DNA of 64,000 bases. Source: an uncultured delta proteobacterium (GTDB lineage Bacteria; Myxococcota; Myxococcia; SLRQ01). Position numbers and translations under genes: made by a program. The number at the start of each line of letters is the position of its first letter. The stretch's first letter is position 1. Shown piece by piece: positions 20,013 through 30,723 of this stretch. The stretch is from contig CAVSGM010000002.1 of NCBI GenBank assembly GCA_963727485.1, positions 544,001 through 608,000 of the forward strand, read 5' to 3'. Below the pieces are notes generated by a model that saw only the letters and a program-made list of their open reading frames with translations, had not been told where the DNA came from and ran no database searches.

Positions 20013-21095
20013 TTACCGTTCGGTGCTCTGGAGCCCGGCGAGGGCCTCGAAGCCGGCTACGAGCTCGGCCTCGGCCCCGCAGAGGGCCAGGCGCACCCGG
20101 GTGTCGTCCCCGAAGTAGGCCCCGGGGACCACCAGGGTGCCCGTCTCCTCGAGGAGGCGCTCGGCGAGGGCGGTGCCCGTCCCCAGGCCGGCCGGCACCT
20201 GGGGGAAGGCGACGCAGGGGACGTCCGAGGTCACCGCCGACCACTCGGGGTGCGCCGCGAGGAAGGCGGCGAGGCGGGCCCCGGCGCCGGCGAGGTGGCG
20301 GCGCGTGGCCTCGAGGATCCGGTCGGCGCCGGGCCCCTCGAGGAGGGCCGCGGCGAAGGACCACCCGGGCTCGAAGGCCCCGGGGTTGAAGTGGTCGGTG
20401 GCAGCCCGGAGGCGCTCGGCCAGCGGCGCCGGAGCCAGGGCCCAGCCCGCCCGCAGCGCCGAGAGCCCGTAGGCCTTGGTGAGGCTCCCGGTGGCGATCA
20501 CCGGGCCGTCGGGGTCGAAGGCCGTGGGCCAGGGCTCGGCCGCCGCCTCCCGGTAGACCTCGTCCACCAGGACCGTGGTCCCCTGCGCCGCCGCCCGTGC
20601 CACCAGGGCGCGGAGGCGCTCGGGGGCGAGGCGCACCCCGGTGGGGTTGTGGGGATCGGTGAGGACCAGGAGCTTCGGGGCAGCCGCGAGGACCGGGTCG
20701 TCGGGGTCGGGCTGCCAGCCCTCCTCGGGCCGCCGGGCCAGGGGACGGATCCGGGCGCCGAGGGCCGTCGCCGTGTCCGCCAGCGGCCCGTAGGCCGGGT
20801 GCTCGATGACCACCTCGTCCCCGGGCTCGAGGAGGGCCGCCATGGCCAGGAAGTTGCCGCCGGTGGTCCCGGCGCCGGCGACGACCGACGCGGGATCGAC
20901 CCCCTGACGCGCCGCCACCGCCGCCTCCAGGCGCGCGCGCCCCTGGGGGAAGCCGCCGAGGATCCCCACCGGGTCGAGGGGCACCGAGGCCAGGAGCTCC
21001 GGCGCCGGCGGGGGCATCCCCGAGCTGGCCAGGGAGTGGCGGGTGCGCCCGAAGGCGGCGCGGATCCAGCGCAGGTAGGCGACCTCGCCGAGCAT
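20013..21095 (-). CDS. PLP-dependent aminotransferase, class I/II
   Basis: PHNPTG, DEVY and SLTKAYGLSALRAGW motifs. Confidence 0.9.
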   Translation of the reverse strand: MLGEVAYLRWIRAAFGRTRHSLASSGMPPPAPELLASVPLDPVGILGGFPQGRARLEAAVAARQGVDPASVVAGAGTTGGNFLAMAALLEPGDEVVIEHPAYGPLADTATALGARIRPLARRPEEGWQPDPDDPVLAAAPKLLVLTDPHNPTGVRLAPERLRALVARAAAQGTTVLVDEVYREAAAEPWPTAFDPDGPVIATGSLTKAYGLSALRAGWALAPAPLAERLRAATDHFNPGAFEPGWSFAAALLEGPGADRILEATRRHLAGAGARLAAFLAAHPEWSAVTSDVPCVAFPQVPAGLGTGTALAERLLEETGTLVVPGAYFGDDTRVRLALCGAEAELVAGFEALAGLQSTER

Positions 21096-21102
21096 CGCGG
21101 CG

Positions 21103-22338
21103 TCAGCGCCGGAGGGTGAAGGTGAGGCCCGCGCCTCCGGGGCCCACCGGGAGGACGCTCACCTTCGCCGGCGGCGCCGAGGGGCCGCTGGCGACGTCGA
21201 AGACCAGGGCCCCGCCCCCGGCGGCGGCGAGGACGCCCCCGGCGACGAAGAGGACGTTGGCCATCGTCTCCTGGGTGGTCATGGCCTTCCAGTCCGCGGC
21301 GTCGGCGGCGGTGGGCCCCCCGTTCTGTTGGAAGCGGGTGGAGAGGGTCTTGGCCGTGCCCTGGGCCTGGAGCCCGAAGTAGGCCCCCACCCCGGCGGCG
21401 ATGGCCCCGGCGCCCAGCAGCCCCACCCCGGTCCACCGGAGGGCGTGGGACGGGGCCTCGACCTCGGCCACGGGCGGCGGCGTGAGCCCGGCGATGGCCG
21501 CGGTATCCGCGCCGGGTCCCGAGGCGGCCGCGTCCTGGTCGCCGTCGGCCTTGGTCCGGGCGCCCTTCCCGGCCCTGGCGCCCGGCCCCGACGCCGCCAC
21601 CAGGGGCGGCGACGGCATCTGCTGGTAGATGACCCCGGAGACGGCGCTCCCGGCGAGATCGATGGTGACCACCGTGGTCCGCTGGAAGCGCACCTCGACG
21701 AACTTGTCGAAGTCGCTGTACCCGGTCTTGAGGATCTTCAGGGCGTGGCGCCCCGGGGCGAGCCCGGTGATGGGGTGCGCCAGCGGCGTCTGCCCGCGGT
21801 CCTGGCCGTCGATCTGCACCTCGGCGCCCGCCACCGGGCACTTCACCCGGATGCTGCCCACGTAGAGGTCGGGCCGGAGCAGCTCGTAGGCGGTGCGGGT
21901 GATGCCGTCGATGAGGACCTCGCGCTTGCCGCCCACCGACTCCGAGGCCCGCTGGACCACCTTCCCGTCGGCGGCCGACACCGCCCGGAGGGTGATGGTG
22001 TAGCGGTCGCCGAGGCCGCCGACGGCCCCGTAGATCACCAGGTCCGCGTGGAGGCGCTGTCCGAGGGTGGCCAGGCAGCCGGCCTTGCCCCCGCAGTGGA
22101 GGGGTACGCCGCCGTCCTTGCCGTCGATGGCCGCGCGCACCCGGGCGGCGGGGATCGCCCTGACCCCCGGGACCCGCTTCACCGAGGCCCGGAGGATGTC
22201 CTCGAGGCGGGCCACGGTGTCGGCGTCGAGGCCCAGCGACCGGAGGGGATGCACCGCCACCCGCTGGGGCTTCGCCGGCGCCTTCGCCAGGGCCACCGCC
22301 GGTGCCAGGAGGACCGCCAGGAGGATCGCGCGGCGCAC
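21103..22338 (-). CDS. PEGA-domain exported protein
   Basis: Signal peptide, GAEVQIDGQDRGQTPL...PGRH PEGA motif, C-terminal hydrophobic hairpin. Confidence 0.8.
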   Translation of the reverse strand: MRRAILLAVLLAPAVALAKAPAKPQRVAVHPLRSLGLDADTVARLEDILRASVKRVPGVRAIPAARVRAAIDGKDGGVPLHCGGKAGCLATLGQRLHADLVIYGAVGGLGDRYTITLRAVSAADGKVVQRASESVGGKREVLIDGITRTAYELLRPDLYVGSIRVKCPVAGAEVQIDGQDRGQTPLAHPITGLAPGRHALKILKTGYSDFDKFVEVRFQRTTVVTIDLAGSAVSGVIYQQMPSPPLVAASGPGARAGKGARTKADGDQDAAASGPGADTAAIAGLTPPPVAEVEAPSHALRWTGVGLLGAGAIAAGVGAYFGLQAQGTAKTLSTRFQQNGGPTAADAADWKAMTTQETMANVLFVAGGVLAAAGGGALVFDVASGPSAPPAKVSVLPVGPGGAGLTFTLRR

Positions 22339-22344
22339 CCGGGC

Positions 22345-23604
22345 CTACTCCTGGGCGAAGGGGGTGAGCTTGGCGGCGAGCTCGGTCCGGACCCCGGAGA
22401 GCTCCTCGTTGGTGAGCCGCAGCCGCTCCGAGAGGACCTGGAGGAACGCCCAGAGGAGCTTCACCGCGAGCAGCGCGTCCTTGCGCATGAGCGCGAAGAA
22501 GTTCTGGCGGTCGATGACCATCAGGGTGGTGTCCTCGGCGGCGGCGACGGTCGCCGAGCGCGGGGCGTTGTCGATGAGGGCCATCTCGCCGAAGTGGCTC
22601 CCGGGGCCGAGCTGGGCCACCGAGACCTCGCCCTTGACCACCTCGGCCTTGCCCCGGAGGATGACGAAGAGCTCGTCGCCGACGCCGCCCTCCTCGACGA
22701 TGCGCTCACCCTCGGACACCCGCCGGGACTTCACGATGGACAGGAGCTGGATGAGCTCCTTGTACTTGAGGTGCCGGAAGAGCGGGATGCGGCGCAGGAC
22801 GTCCATCCGCGCCTCGACCTCGGCCTTCTCCGGGGCCTGGGCCGCCCCCTCGACCTCGACCACCAGGGCGGTGATGTTGTCCTTGCCCCCGCGGTGGTTG
22901 GCGAGCTGGATGAGCTTGTCCGGCAGGGCGGCCCCGTCGGCGGCGCCCATGAACTTGGCCCACTCGTCGTCCTTCACGTAGCCCGAGAGGCCGTCGGAGC
23001 ACAGCAGGAAACGATCGCCCGGGAGGAGGTCCGTCAGCAGGGTGTCGACCTGCACCGACTCCTGGTAGCCCACCGAGCGGGTGATGACGTTGGCAAACGC
23101 CGCCCGCTCGGCCTCCTCCTTGGTGATCAGGCCCTGCTTGAGCTGGGCGTTGACCAGGGTGTGGTCCTCGGTGAGCTGGTGGGCCTGGCCGTTGCGCAGG
23201 AGGTAGACCCGGCTGTCGCCCACGTGGCCCACGATGGCCTTGGGCCCGGCGCGGAGGATCATCACCGTGGTGGTGCCCATGCCCCGCTTCTCGGGGCTCT
23301 CCTGGGCCATGGCGAAGATCTCGCCACAGGCGGTCTGCACCGCCTTCTCGGCCAGGTGCTGGCACTTGTCCCGGAGGTCGAAGTCCGCCGGGTCCGCGGC
23401 GTAGGAGGCGAGGAGCGCCTGGTGCTCGGCGACCACCCGGCGGATCACCTCCACCGCCTTGGCGCTGGCGACCTCCCCGGCGGCGTGGCCGCCCATGCCG
23501 TCGGCGACGACGTAGAGACCCAGGTCGTCGTCCGCCAGGTAGGCGTCCTCGTTGTGCTTCCGCTTGCGACCGACATCGGTGACACCGAAGGCCTGGACCT
23601 GCAT
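22345..23604 (-). CDS. PP2C-family Ser/Thr phosphatase with C-terminal cyclic-nucleotide-binding domain
   Basis: RKHNED, VADGMGGH, GMGTT, VGDSR, CSDGL and DNIT motifs; FGEMALIDNAPRSATV phosphate-binding cassette. Confidence 0.92.
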   Translation of the reverse strand: MQVQAFGVTDVGRKRKHNEDAYLADDDLGLYVVADGMGGHAAGEVASAKAVEVIRRVVAEHQALLASYAADPADFDLRDKCQHLAEKAVQTACGEIFAMAQESPEKRGMGTTTVMILRAGPKAIVGHVGDSRVYLLRNGQAHQLTEDHTLVNAQLKQGLITKEEAERAAFANVITRSVGYQESVQVDTLLTDLLPGDRFLLCSDGLSGYVKDDEWAKFMGAADGAALPDKLIQLANHRGGKDNITALVVEVEGAAQAPEKAEVEARMDVLRRIPLFRHLKYKELIQLLSIVKSRRVSEGERIVEEGGVGDELFVILRGKAEVVKGEVSVAQLGPGSHFGEMALIDNAPRSATVAAAEDTTLMVIDRQNFFALMRKDALLAVKLLWAFLQVLSERLRLTNEELSGVRTELAAKLTPFAQE

Positions 23605-23653
23605 GGGGCGACTCTAGCCGGGGGGGATGGACGGGTCAACGCGACGACGCGCG

Positions 23654-24631
23654 TCAGGAGGGACGGAAGCGCGCGCGCACCTGCTGCACCAGCGAGGGCT
23701 TCATCCGCGCCACCTCGGGGACCTCGAGGATGGGCCGCAGATAGAAGGCGGCGCCCTGGGCATAGTAGAGGGCCCGGGCCAGGTGATCCACCGCCTCCTC
23801 ACCCTTGCCGCGCAGCGCCGCGTGATGGGCGAGCTCGTAGAAGAGGATCGCCGAGGCGCGATGCTCCGACGCCGAGGCCCGGAGCCCCCGGCCCACGCGG
23901 AAGAGCTGCCACTCGAGGTTGAGGGCGTGGGTGTAGCGCCGGAGGAGGACGTGGGCCCACAGCGCCCGGGTGCCGGGCTCGGCGAAGCGATCGGTGGCGC
24001 CGGCGGCCCGGAGCAGGCGCCGGGCCGAGGCGAGGTGCTTCCACGCCGACCGGTCCCGCTCGACCCCCGTGGTCTCCGCCCGGAGCCAGGCGATCTGGGC
24101 CAGGTGCTTGTCGGCGAGGCGCGGCGAGAGGTGCGGGGCGGTCCAGCCGGGGAGATGGCGGAGGACGCGGGCGGCGCCGTCGAGATCGCCGGCGTAGAGG
24201 CGGGTCACGAAGAAGTGGATCGCCAGCGACGCCAGGTGGCCGCTCACCGCCGGGGACTGGGTCTCGTCGACCACCGCGTCGACCCGGTCGTCGGCGCCGG
24301 CCCGGAGGTGCCGCCTTGCCTCGAGGACCGGCTCGGGGAGCCCGAAGTCGCCGTCCGCCTCCCAGACGTCCGGGCGCAGCCAGGCCACCGGCTCGCCGAG
24401 GTCGGCCCGGGCCGGCAGGGGCGCCGGGGGCGGGTCCGCCGGGAGGCCCTCGGGGAGCCCGGCCTCGTAGAGAGCCCTTGCCTCATCGAGGTAGGTCCGG
24501 TGGTCGAAGGCGGCGAAGCGGGACCCGGGGATGCTCTTCGACCGGGCGCGGCGCAGGCGCATGCGGTGGCTCGCGAAGAGGAAGATCGCGTAGCCGCAGG
24601 TCACCATCAGGATCCACTCGGGCCGGGTCAT
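23654..24631 (-). CDS. Hypothetical membrane-anchored helical (TPR-like) protein
   Basis: N-terminal TM; C-terminal YELA..AA..G...EAVDHLARAL pattern. Confidence 0.55.
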   Translation of the reverse strand: MTRPEWILMVTCGYAIFLFASHRMRLRRARSKSIPGSRFAAFDHRTYLDEARALYEAGLPEGLPADPPPAPLPARADLGEPVAWLRPDVWEADGDFGLPEPVLEARRHLRAGADDRVDAVVDETQSPAVSGHLASLAIHFFVTRLYAGDLDGAARVLRHLPGWTAPHLSPRLADKHLAQIAWLRAETTGVERDRSAWKHLASARRLLRAAGATDRFAEPGTRALWAHVLLRRYTHALNLEWQLFRVGRGLRASASEHRASAILFYELAHHAALRGKGEEAVDHLARALYYAQGAAFYLRPILEVPEVARMKPSLVQQVRARFRPS

Positions 24632-24718
24632 GGGAGCCCCCTTGTACCCCAAGAGTGCCCACGAGGCTCCCCAAGCGCCCGCGGGGCCGGCGCCGCGCCC
24701 AGCCTCCCCGGGCGGGGA

Positions 24719-27700
24719 TCAGGGGCCGACGGAGACCTGGCCCGCCTGCCCCGCCTCCCCGGCCGTCCCCGATCCCGCCGAGGGGACGCCGCCGAGGCCC
24801 GCCTGGACCTCGAGGTGGGCGCCGTCGAGGGCGTAGCCCCCACCGAGGAGCGAGATGGTGCCCCCGCTCCCGCCGCCGCCCCCGCCCCCGAGGGCGCCGT
24901 GGCCGCCCCCGGTGCCGCCCTGGGCGGTGATCCGCCCCTGAACGGTGACGGTCGCGCCGGGGTCCGAGAGCTGCACCGTCCCCGCGCTGCCGCCGCCTCC
25001 GCCCCCCGCGCCCGGGCCGAGGGCGAGGCTCGCCCCGCCCTGGCCTCCGTCGGCGCGGACGGTGCCGGAGATCGTGAGCGGCCCGCCCTGGACGTCCACC
25101 CGGAGGCAGCCGCCGCCCCCGCCGCCGCCGGAGGCCCAGCCGTCGGTCTGTCCGTAGCCCCCGCCCCCGCCGCCGCTGCCCCCGCCGGCGGCGGTGCCGC
25201 CGTTGGCCGCGCCGGCGGTCCCGGCGAAGGTCGCCGCCTGCCCGTCGCCGCCCCGGCCCGCGTCGCCCCCGAAGGCACCGCCCCCGCCCGCGGGTCCGGC
25301 CTGTCCGAAGACGCCGCCGCCCCCGGCGCCCGGGCCGCCCCCGGCGCCGCCGTCGTTGCCGGTGGCGACCAATCCCGCAGGGGCCCCGTCGCCCGGGGCC
25401 GGGGCGCTCGCCCCCGTGGCCCCGCCGCCGGCGCCGCCCCCGCCGCCTCCGGGCCCGGCGTCACCGCCGCGTCCCAGATCGAGGCGGGCGCCGGAGGTGG
25501 CGCCCCCGAGGCCCCCGGCCCGTCCCGAGACGTCGAGGCGCCCGTCGGCGTCGACGGCGAGGCCCCCGGCCCCAAGCGAGAGGTGCAGGCACACCGGGCC
25601 GTAGCCCACCAGCGCCGCCCCGGCGGGGATCGTGAGGCCGGCGAAGGAGACGTCTCCCGCCGGGAGGTACCAGGGGCCGCCCGCGGCGACGGTGACCGGG
25701 TCGCCGGCGCCGGCGACCTCCACCGGCACGGTGACGCTGACGCTCTGGTAGCTGCCGGTGATGCTCGCCGTCCCGGTGGCCACCGCGGTGACCTTCCCGG
25801 TGGCGTCGACGGTCGCCACCGTGGGGTCGCTCGACTGCCAGGTGGCGGTGGCGGTGACGTCCTGGGCGCCGCTGCCGGCGACCTGGGTCAGGGTGAGGGG
25901 CGCCGACTGCCCGGCGGGCAGGAGGAGCCGCGCGGGGAAGACGCGCCCCCGCTGGGCGGTCACGGTCACGGCGACCTGGGCGGTGAGCCCGGCGCCCGGA
26001 ACCGTGGCGCTGACGGTGGTGCTCCCCGGGGCCACCCCGGTGACCACACCGCGCGCGTCCACGGTGGCCACGGTGGGGTCGGCGGAGGCGAAGCCGAGGC
26101 CCGCCGCCGCCAGGTCGACCTGGCGCCCGTCGGAGCGGGTGGCCACCGCGGCGAGGGTCCGGCCCTCGCTCGGCGTCAGCGCCAGGGGCGACGGCGAGAG
26201 GGCCAGGGAGAACACCGACGGCACCGCCTGGACCACCAGGTGCACCTCCGGCGCCGGGATCACGTCGCCGCCGGCGGTGGTCGCCGAGGCGCCCACGATC
26301 ACCGGCGTCCCGTCGGCGGCCCCGGCGGGGACGGCCAGGGAGAAGACGTGGGCGACGCTTTGGGCCTGGGTCACCGCGGCGCTGGCGGTCACCGGGGCGC
26401 CGGTGCCCACCTGGACCCGGGCCCCGAGGGCGGTCACCCCGGCGGTGCCCCCGGTGGCGACGACGGTGACGGCGAGGGTCTGGCCGGGGGTCACGGTGTC
26501 CCCGTAGACGGGGGCGAGGATGCGCACCGTCGGGGCCCCGGCGACGTAGGTGTAGGTCCCGTTGGGCGTCGAGGGGTCACGCCGGGGGAGGGTCACGGAC
26601 ACCGGAACCTGGCCGGCGGCCTGGGCCGGGGCGGTGACGTCAATCTCGGTCGCCGAGATCACCGTGGCGCTGGCCCCGACGGCGGTCCCGAAGGTGACCC
26701 CAAGCCCGGGATCGGCGGCGAAGCAGCGGCCGGTGAGGACCACCCGGTTGGTCGCCCCGGCGGGGCCGGTGTCCGGCTGCACCGAGGTGATCGCCGGGGT
26801 GCAGTTGTAGGTGTAGCCCTCGGGGAGGCTGGCGGCGCCGGTGAGGGGATCGGACACCCCCACGGTCACCGGGCCGTCGGCGCCCCCGGGGGGCACGACC
26901 GCGGTGAGGGTGGTCGGCCCGACGACGACCACGTTCGTGGCCTCGACGCTGCCGAAGGTCACCTTGGGCGTCCCCCCGGAGACGAAGCCGGTGCCGGTGA
27001 CGGTGACCTGCGTGCCCCCGGACCGGGGCCCGTTGTCCGGGCTCACCGAGGTCACCGTGGGCAGGGGGTTGTAGGTGAGGTCGAGGGTGTTCGAGGGCGG
27101 GAACCGGTCGCCGACCAGCTGCACCGTCGCCGTCCCCGTCCCCGGGGGCGCGGTGAAGGTGAGCTGGCTCGAGGCGGTGATGGCGAGCCCCGTCGCCGGC
27201 ACCCCGCCGACCAGGATCCGGGTCGAGGGGTCGGAGACGAAGCCGGTGCCCGTGACCTCGACGACGGTCCCCCCGGCCTCCGGGGCGCTCTCGGGGTTCA
27301 GGGCGGTGAGGACCGGCGCCGGGTTGTAGGTGAGGGGCTTGGTGGCGGCGCCGAAGCGGTTGGTGAGGACCACCGGGACGGCGCCGGCGTCGTGGGCCGG
27401 GACCCGGATGTCGACCCGGGTCGGCGAGGCGAAGGTCACCGGGACCGGGGCCCCGGCCACGGTCACCGTCGCCCCCGGGGCCAGGTCGGTGCCCTCGAGG
27501 GCGACGACGGTGCCCCCGTCGACGGACACGCTCGGCGGGTCCAGGGCGGTGATCGCCGGGACCGGGTGGTAGGTGTAGGCCCCGGGGAGGACGGCCTGGC
27601 TACGGCCCCGGCTCGCCACCACGTCCACCGTGCCCGTCCCCGGAGGGGTGAGGGCGATGGCGGTCTGGGCGTCGACGACGGTGGCCAGGGCCGGGACCAG

Positions 27701-28534
27701 GGTCGTGGGATCGGCGGCGTCCCCGAAGGCGAACACGGTCCGGGCGTCGAAGCCGTCACCGGTGAGGGTCACCAGGGTCCCGCCGGCCTCCGGCCCCGAG
27801 TCGGGGTCGACGGCGGTGAGGCTCGGGGCCACCCGGACCACCGCCAGCCCCGCCCCGTGGCCCACGTTGCCCGCGGCGTCGGTGGCGGTGATGGCGAGCT
27901 CGATCCGGGCCCCCTCGGGGGCGGCGGCGGGGACCGGGACGGCGAGGTCGACGGCGGCGTCCGGGTCCGGGGTCCCGGTGGGCGCCCAGGTGAGGGGCGC
28001 CAGGGCCTGGCAGCCGCTCCCGTCGTCCACGCAGGCGTCGAGGGTCACCCCGGCGACCCCGCTGGGGTCGTGGACCGCGAGGTGGACGGCGAGATCCTGC
28101 CCCGGCGCCGCGGGACCGCCCGGGGTCGGGGCGGCGACCTTCACCGTGGGCCCCAGGACGTCGACGACGGTGTACCCGCCGGGGAGCGCCGCGTCGCGGC
28201 CCCCGGGGGTCTCGACCTTCACCGCGTAGACGCCGGGATCGAGGCCCGGGGGGACCACGGCGGTGACCAGCCCCGCCGACCAGCGGACGTCGGTGAGGGG
28301 CGTGTCGCCCACGAAGGCCTTGAAGGTGCCCGAGACGGTGCCCTTGCCGGTGGAGAGGTCGAGGGCGGCCCCGGGGAGGAGGTTCTCGCCCACGAGGGTG
28401 ATGGCCGTCGACCGGTCGTTGGGCCCGCTCGCCGGGAGGACCTTCGTCAGGCGGGGGACGGGCAGCGTCTGGCCGCCGCAGGCGGTGGCGAAGAGGGTGC
28501 CGAGGAGGACGCTCGCCAGGACGCGGCGCCGCAC
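24719..28534 (-). CDS. Large surface lipoprotein with IPT/TIG repeats, Big_2 domains and a Gly-rich C-terminus
   Basis: GTG at 28534 overlaps the upstream TAG; lipobox FATAC; repeated P..SGP..GGT.VT.TG..F units; SSDPTVATVD motifs; poly-Gly tail. Confidence 0.8.
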   Translation of the reverse strand: MRRRVLASVLLGTLFATACGGQTLPVPRLTKVLPASGPNDRSTAITLVGENLLPGAALDLSTGKGTVSGTFKAFVGDTPLTDVRWSAGLVTAVVPPGLDPGVYAVKVETPGGRDAALPGGYTVVDVLGPTVKVAAPTPGGPAAPGQDLAVHLAVHDPSGVAGVTLDACVDDGSGCQALAPLTWAPTGTPDPDAAVDLAVPVPAAAPEGARIELAITATDAAGNVGHGAGLAVVRVAPSLTAVDPDSGPEAGGTLVTLTGDGFDARTVFAFGDAADPTTLVPALATVVDAQTAIALTPPGTGTVDVVASRGRSQAVLPGAYTYHPVPAITALDPPSVSVDGGTVVALEGTDLAPGATVTVAGAPVPVTFASPTRVDIRVPAHDAGAVPVVLTNRFGAATKPLTYNPAPVLTALNPESAPEAGGTVVEVTGTGFVSDPSTRILVGGVPATGLAITASSQLTFTAPPGTGTATVQLVGDRFPPSNTLDLTYNPLPTVTSVSPDNGPRSGGTQVTVTGTGFVSGGTPKVTFGSVEATNVVVVGPTTLTAVVPPGGADGPVTVGVSDPLTGAASLPEGYTYNCTPAITSVQPDTGPAGATNRVVLTGRCFAADPGLGVTFGTAVGASATVISATEIDVTAPAQAAGQVPVSVTLPRRDPSTPNGTYTYVAGAPTVRILAPVYGDTVTPGQTLAVTVVATGGTAGVTALGARVQVGTGAPVTASAAVTQAQSVAHVFSLAVPAGAADGTPVIVGASATTAGGDVIPAPEVHLVVQAVPSVFSLALSPSPLALTPSEGRTLAAVATRSDGRQVDLAAAGLGFASADPTVATVDARGVVTGVAPGSTTVSATVPGAGLTAQVAVTVTAQRGRVFPARLLLPAGQSAPLTLTQVAGSGAQDVTATATWQSSDPTVATVDATGKVTAVATGTASITGSYQSVSVTVPVEVAGAGDPVTVAAGGPWYLPAGDVSFAGLTIPAGAALVGYGPVCLHLSLGAGGLAVDADGRLDVSGRAGGLGGATSGARLDLGRGGDAGPGGGGGGAGGGATGASAPAPGDGAPAGLVATGNDGGAGGGPGAGGGGVFGQAGPAGGGGAFGGDAGRGGDGQAATFAGTAGAANGGTAAGGGSGGGGGGYGQTDGWASGGGGGGGCLRVDVQGGPLTISGTVRADGGQGGASLALGPGAGGGGGGSAGTVQLSDPGATVTVQGRITAQGGTGGGHGALGGGGGGGSGGTISLLGGGYALDGAHLEVQAGLGGVPSAGSGTAGEAGQAGQVSVGP

Positions 28535-30595
28535 TAGAGCTCCAGCCGGTAGCCCAGGGCGGCGGAGGGACCGCCGACCTGGCCGGTGACGTCGACGGCG
28601 CCGGCGCCGGTCCGGTTGGCGTAGAGGTAGCTCCCCTGGAGGAAGAGGTAGCCCGGGCCGAGGCGCCAGCCCGCCTCGACGCGCCCGGCGGCCCCGAAGA
28701 GGGTGTCGTGGATGGGCACGTCCCCGGAATCCCGGGAGCGTGATGTCGCCGGGGAGGAGGACCACGCCGGCACCGAGGCCCACGGAGAGGAGCCAGTGGA
28801 CGTGCCGGAGGGACCAGCGGACCTCGCCGAGGAGCGGGGCCACGAAGACCCGGCTCCGGGCGGTCCCCCCGCCGGTGAGGGCGAACCGGCCCTGGGCCTG
28901 CCCCACGCCCCAGACCACCCCGAGGCTCCACTGGCTGGTGGCGCTCCCGGCGACCTTGAGGCCGAGGGCCAGGCTCCCGAAGGGGCCTGCGAGCTGGCCG
29001 AGGTTGGTCCGGTAGCCCCCGGCGACCTCCACGAAGGCCAGGGGCTGGCGGAGGACGTTCACCGCCGGGTGGAGGGTCACCTGGACCGTCCGGGTCAGGG
29101 CTCCGGCGTGGAGGGTGACGGTGTCCGACTGGCGCCCGTGGCCGGTGGCGGCGCCCCCGGCGACGGTGACCTCGATGAGCGGCACCCGGTAGCGCACCGC
29201 CCAGCCACCCTGGCCGTCGGGGCTGGGGGTCGCCACCGAGCCCAGGCGGGCCCGGGCGGTCGGGGCGAGGCCCGGCATCGGGTGCCCCTCCGCGTCGAGG
29301 ACGTGGACGTGGAGGACCACCGCCTCTTCGCCGTCGGCGGTGAGGCTCACCTGCTGGGGGTCGACGGTGAGGGTCCTCGGCTTGTAGGGCTCGAGGGTGA
29401 GCTTCGCCTGGCCGGCGAGCTTGCCCACGGTGGCGGTCACCGCGACGGCGCGGGCGGAGGCCTCGGGGCCGAGCCGGGTGGGCGTGACCCGGGCCCGGTA
29501 GACGCCCTTGCCCACCTCGGAGACCGGGGTGGCCCGGAGGCCCGCGGGCAGGGCGAGGGTGGGCTCGAGGCCCGGGACCCCGAGCCCCAGGGCGTCGAGG
29601 ACGGTGACGGTGACCATCACCCCGGTCTGGCCGTCGGCGACGAGGCGCGCCGGCGCCAGGGCCACCGCCACCCGGGCCGGCGTCTGGCGGCCGAGTGAGA
29701 TCCGGGCCTCGGCGTGGCTCTTGGGATCACCCCTGACGTTGGCGGTGAAGGCCACGGCCTGGTCGGGGGTCCCCGGGGGCGCGGTGTAGGTGGCGTCGAA
29801 GACCGGGCCGGTGTCGTGGGTGACGGTCCCGACCTTCCCCACCGCGGCGGTGAGCTTGAAGTCGCCGGCGCGCGGCAGCTTGCCGCCGACGGCGTCGAAG
29901 TAGAGGTGGAGGCGGGCCCGGCTCACCCCGTCGGCGATGATGGTGTGGGGCACCAGGGCCAGGGTGAGGCGGTTGTAGGGGGGCACGTGGAGGGCCAGGG
30001 TCCGGGAGGTGCGCTTCCCCCGCCGGCCGGTGGCGGTGATGGTCGCCTCGGGGACCCCCGGGGGCACCACCAGGCGCAGGACCGCGCGGCCGTGGCGGTT
30101 GGCCCGGAACGGCCCGAAGCGCGCCCCGGCGACCCGGGCGGTGATCCGCGCCCGGGGCACGGTCTTCACCGGCACCCGCGCCGACCCGAGCAGGGACACC
30201 CGGAAGAAGGCCACCGGGGCCTCGGGGCCGGTCTCGAACCAGATGGCGACGATGGCCACCTGGGGGTACCGGGGCTTCGGGGGGGTGTAGGCGACCTCGT
30301 ACTCGCCCGGGCCGAGGCGGCGGACCTGCCCCAGGGAGCCCACGTTCACCGAGGCGCGCAGGGGCCGCAGCGCCCCGGGCGGCTCCGGGGCCTGGATGTG
30401 GAAGACCGCGGCCTGGGTCCGGCCGAGGACGATGCGCCCGGGGCGGGTGGTGAGCCGCGCCGGGAAGGCGCCCTGCCCCACCACCGTGGAGGGCACCGCG
30501 GGGGCGGCGGGCGCCGGCGGCGCGGCGAGGGCGCCGCTCCCGACCAGGGCGCAGGAGGCAACTGCAAGGGCTCGCAGGAGGGCTCGCACCGGCAT
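28534..30595 (-). CDS. Exported protein with invasin-like Ig domains and a C-terminal beta-barrel-like region (+1 frameshift near 28729)
   Basis: Signal peptide, three ADG motif repeats, amphipathic beta-strands ending ..ALGYRLEL in the corrected frame. The 1964-aa ORF in the track is a frameshift fusion of this gene with the next. Confidence 0.7.
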
Positions 30596-30723
30596 TCGGC
30601 ATGGTAGCGGCAAACCCGCGACGATTGGAAGTGGCCGCGGTGCGCGCGTCGACCGTGAAGCGGTGCACGCGTTGACCGTGAACAGACCCCGTGTTACTTC
30701 CGCCCGACTCGGAGGCCTCGAAC

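Noticed and set aside
24719..30613. Single 1964-aa giant ORF
   Set aside because: It contains an out-of-character Arg/Pro stretch and an internal lipoprotein signal; one indel near 28729 resolves it into two coupled genes.
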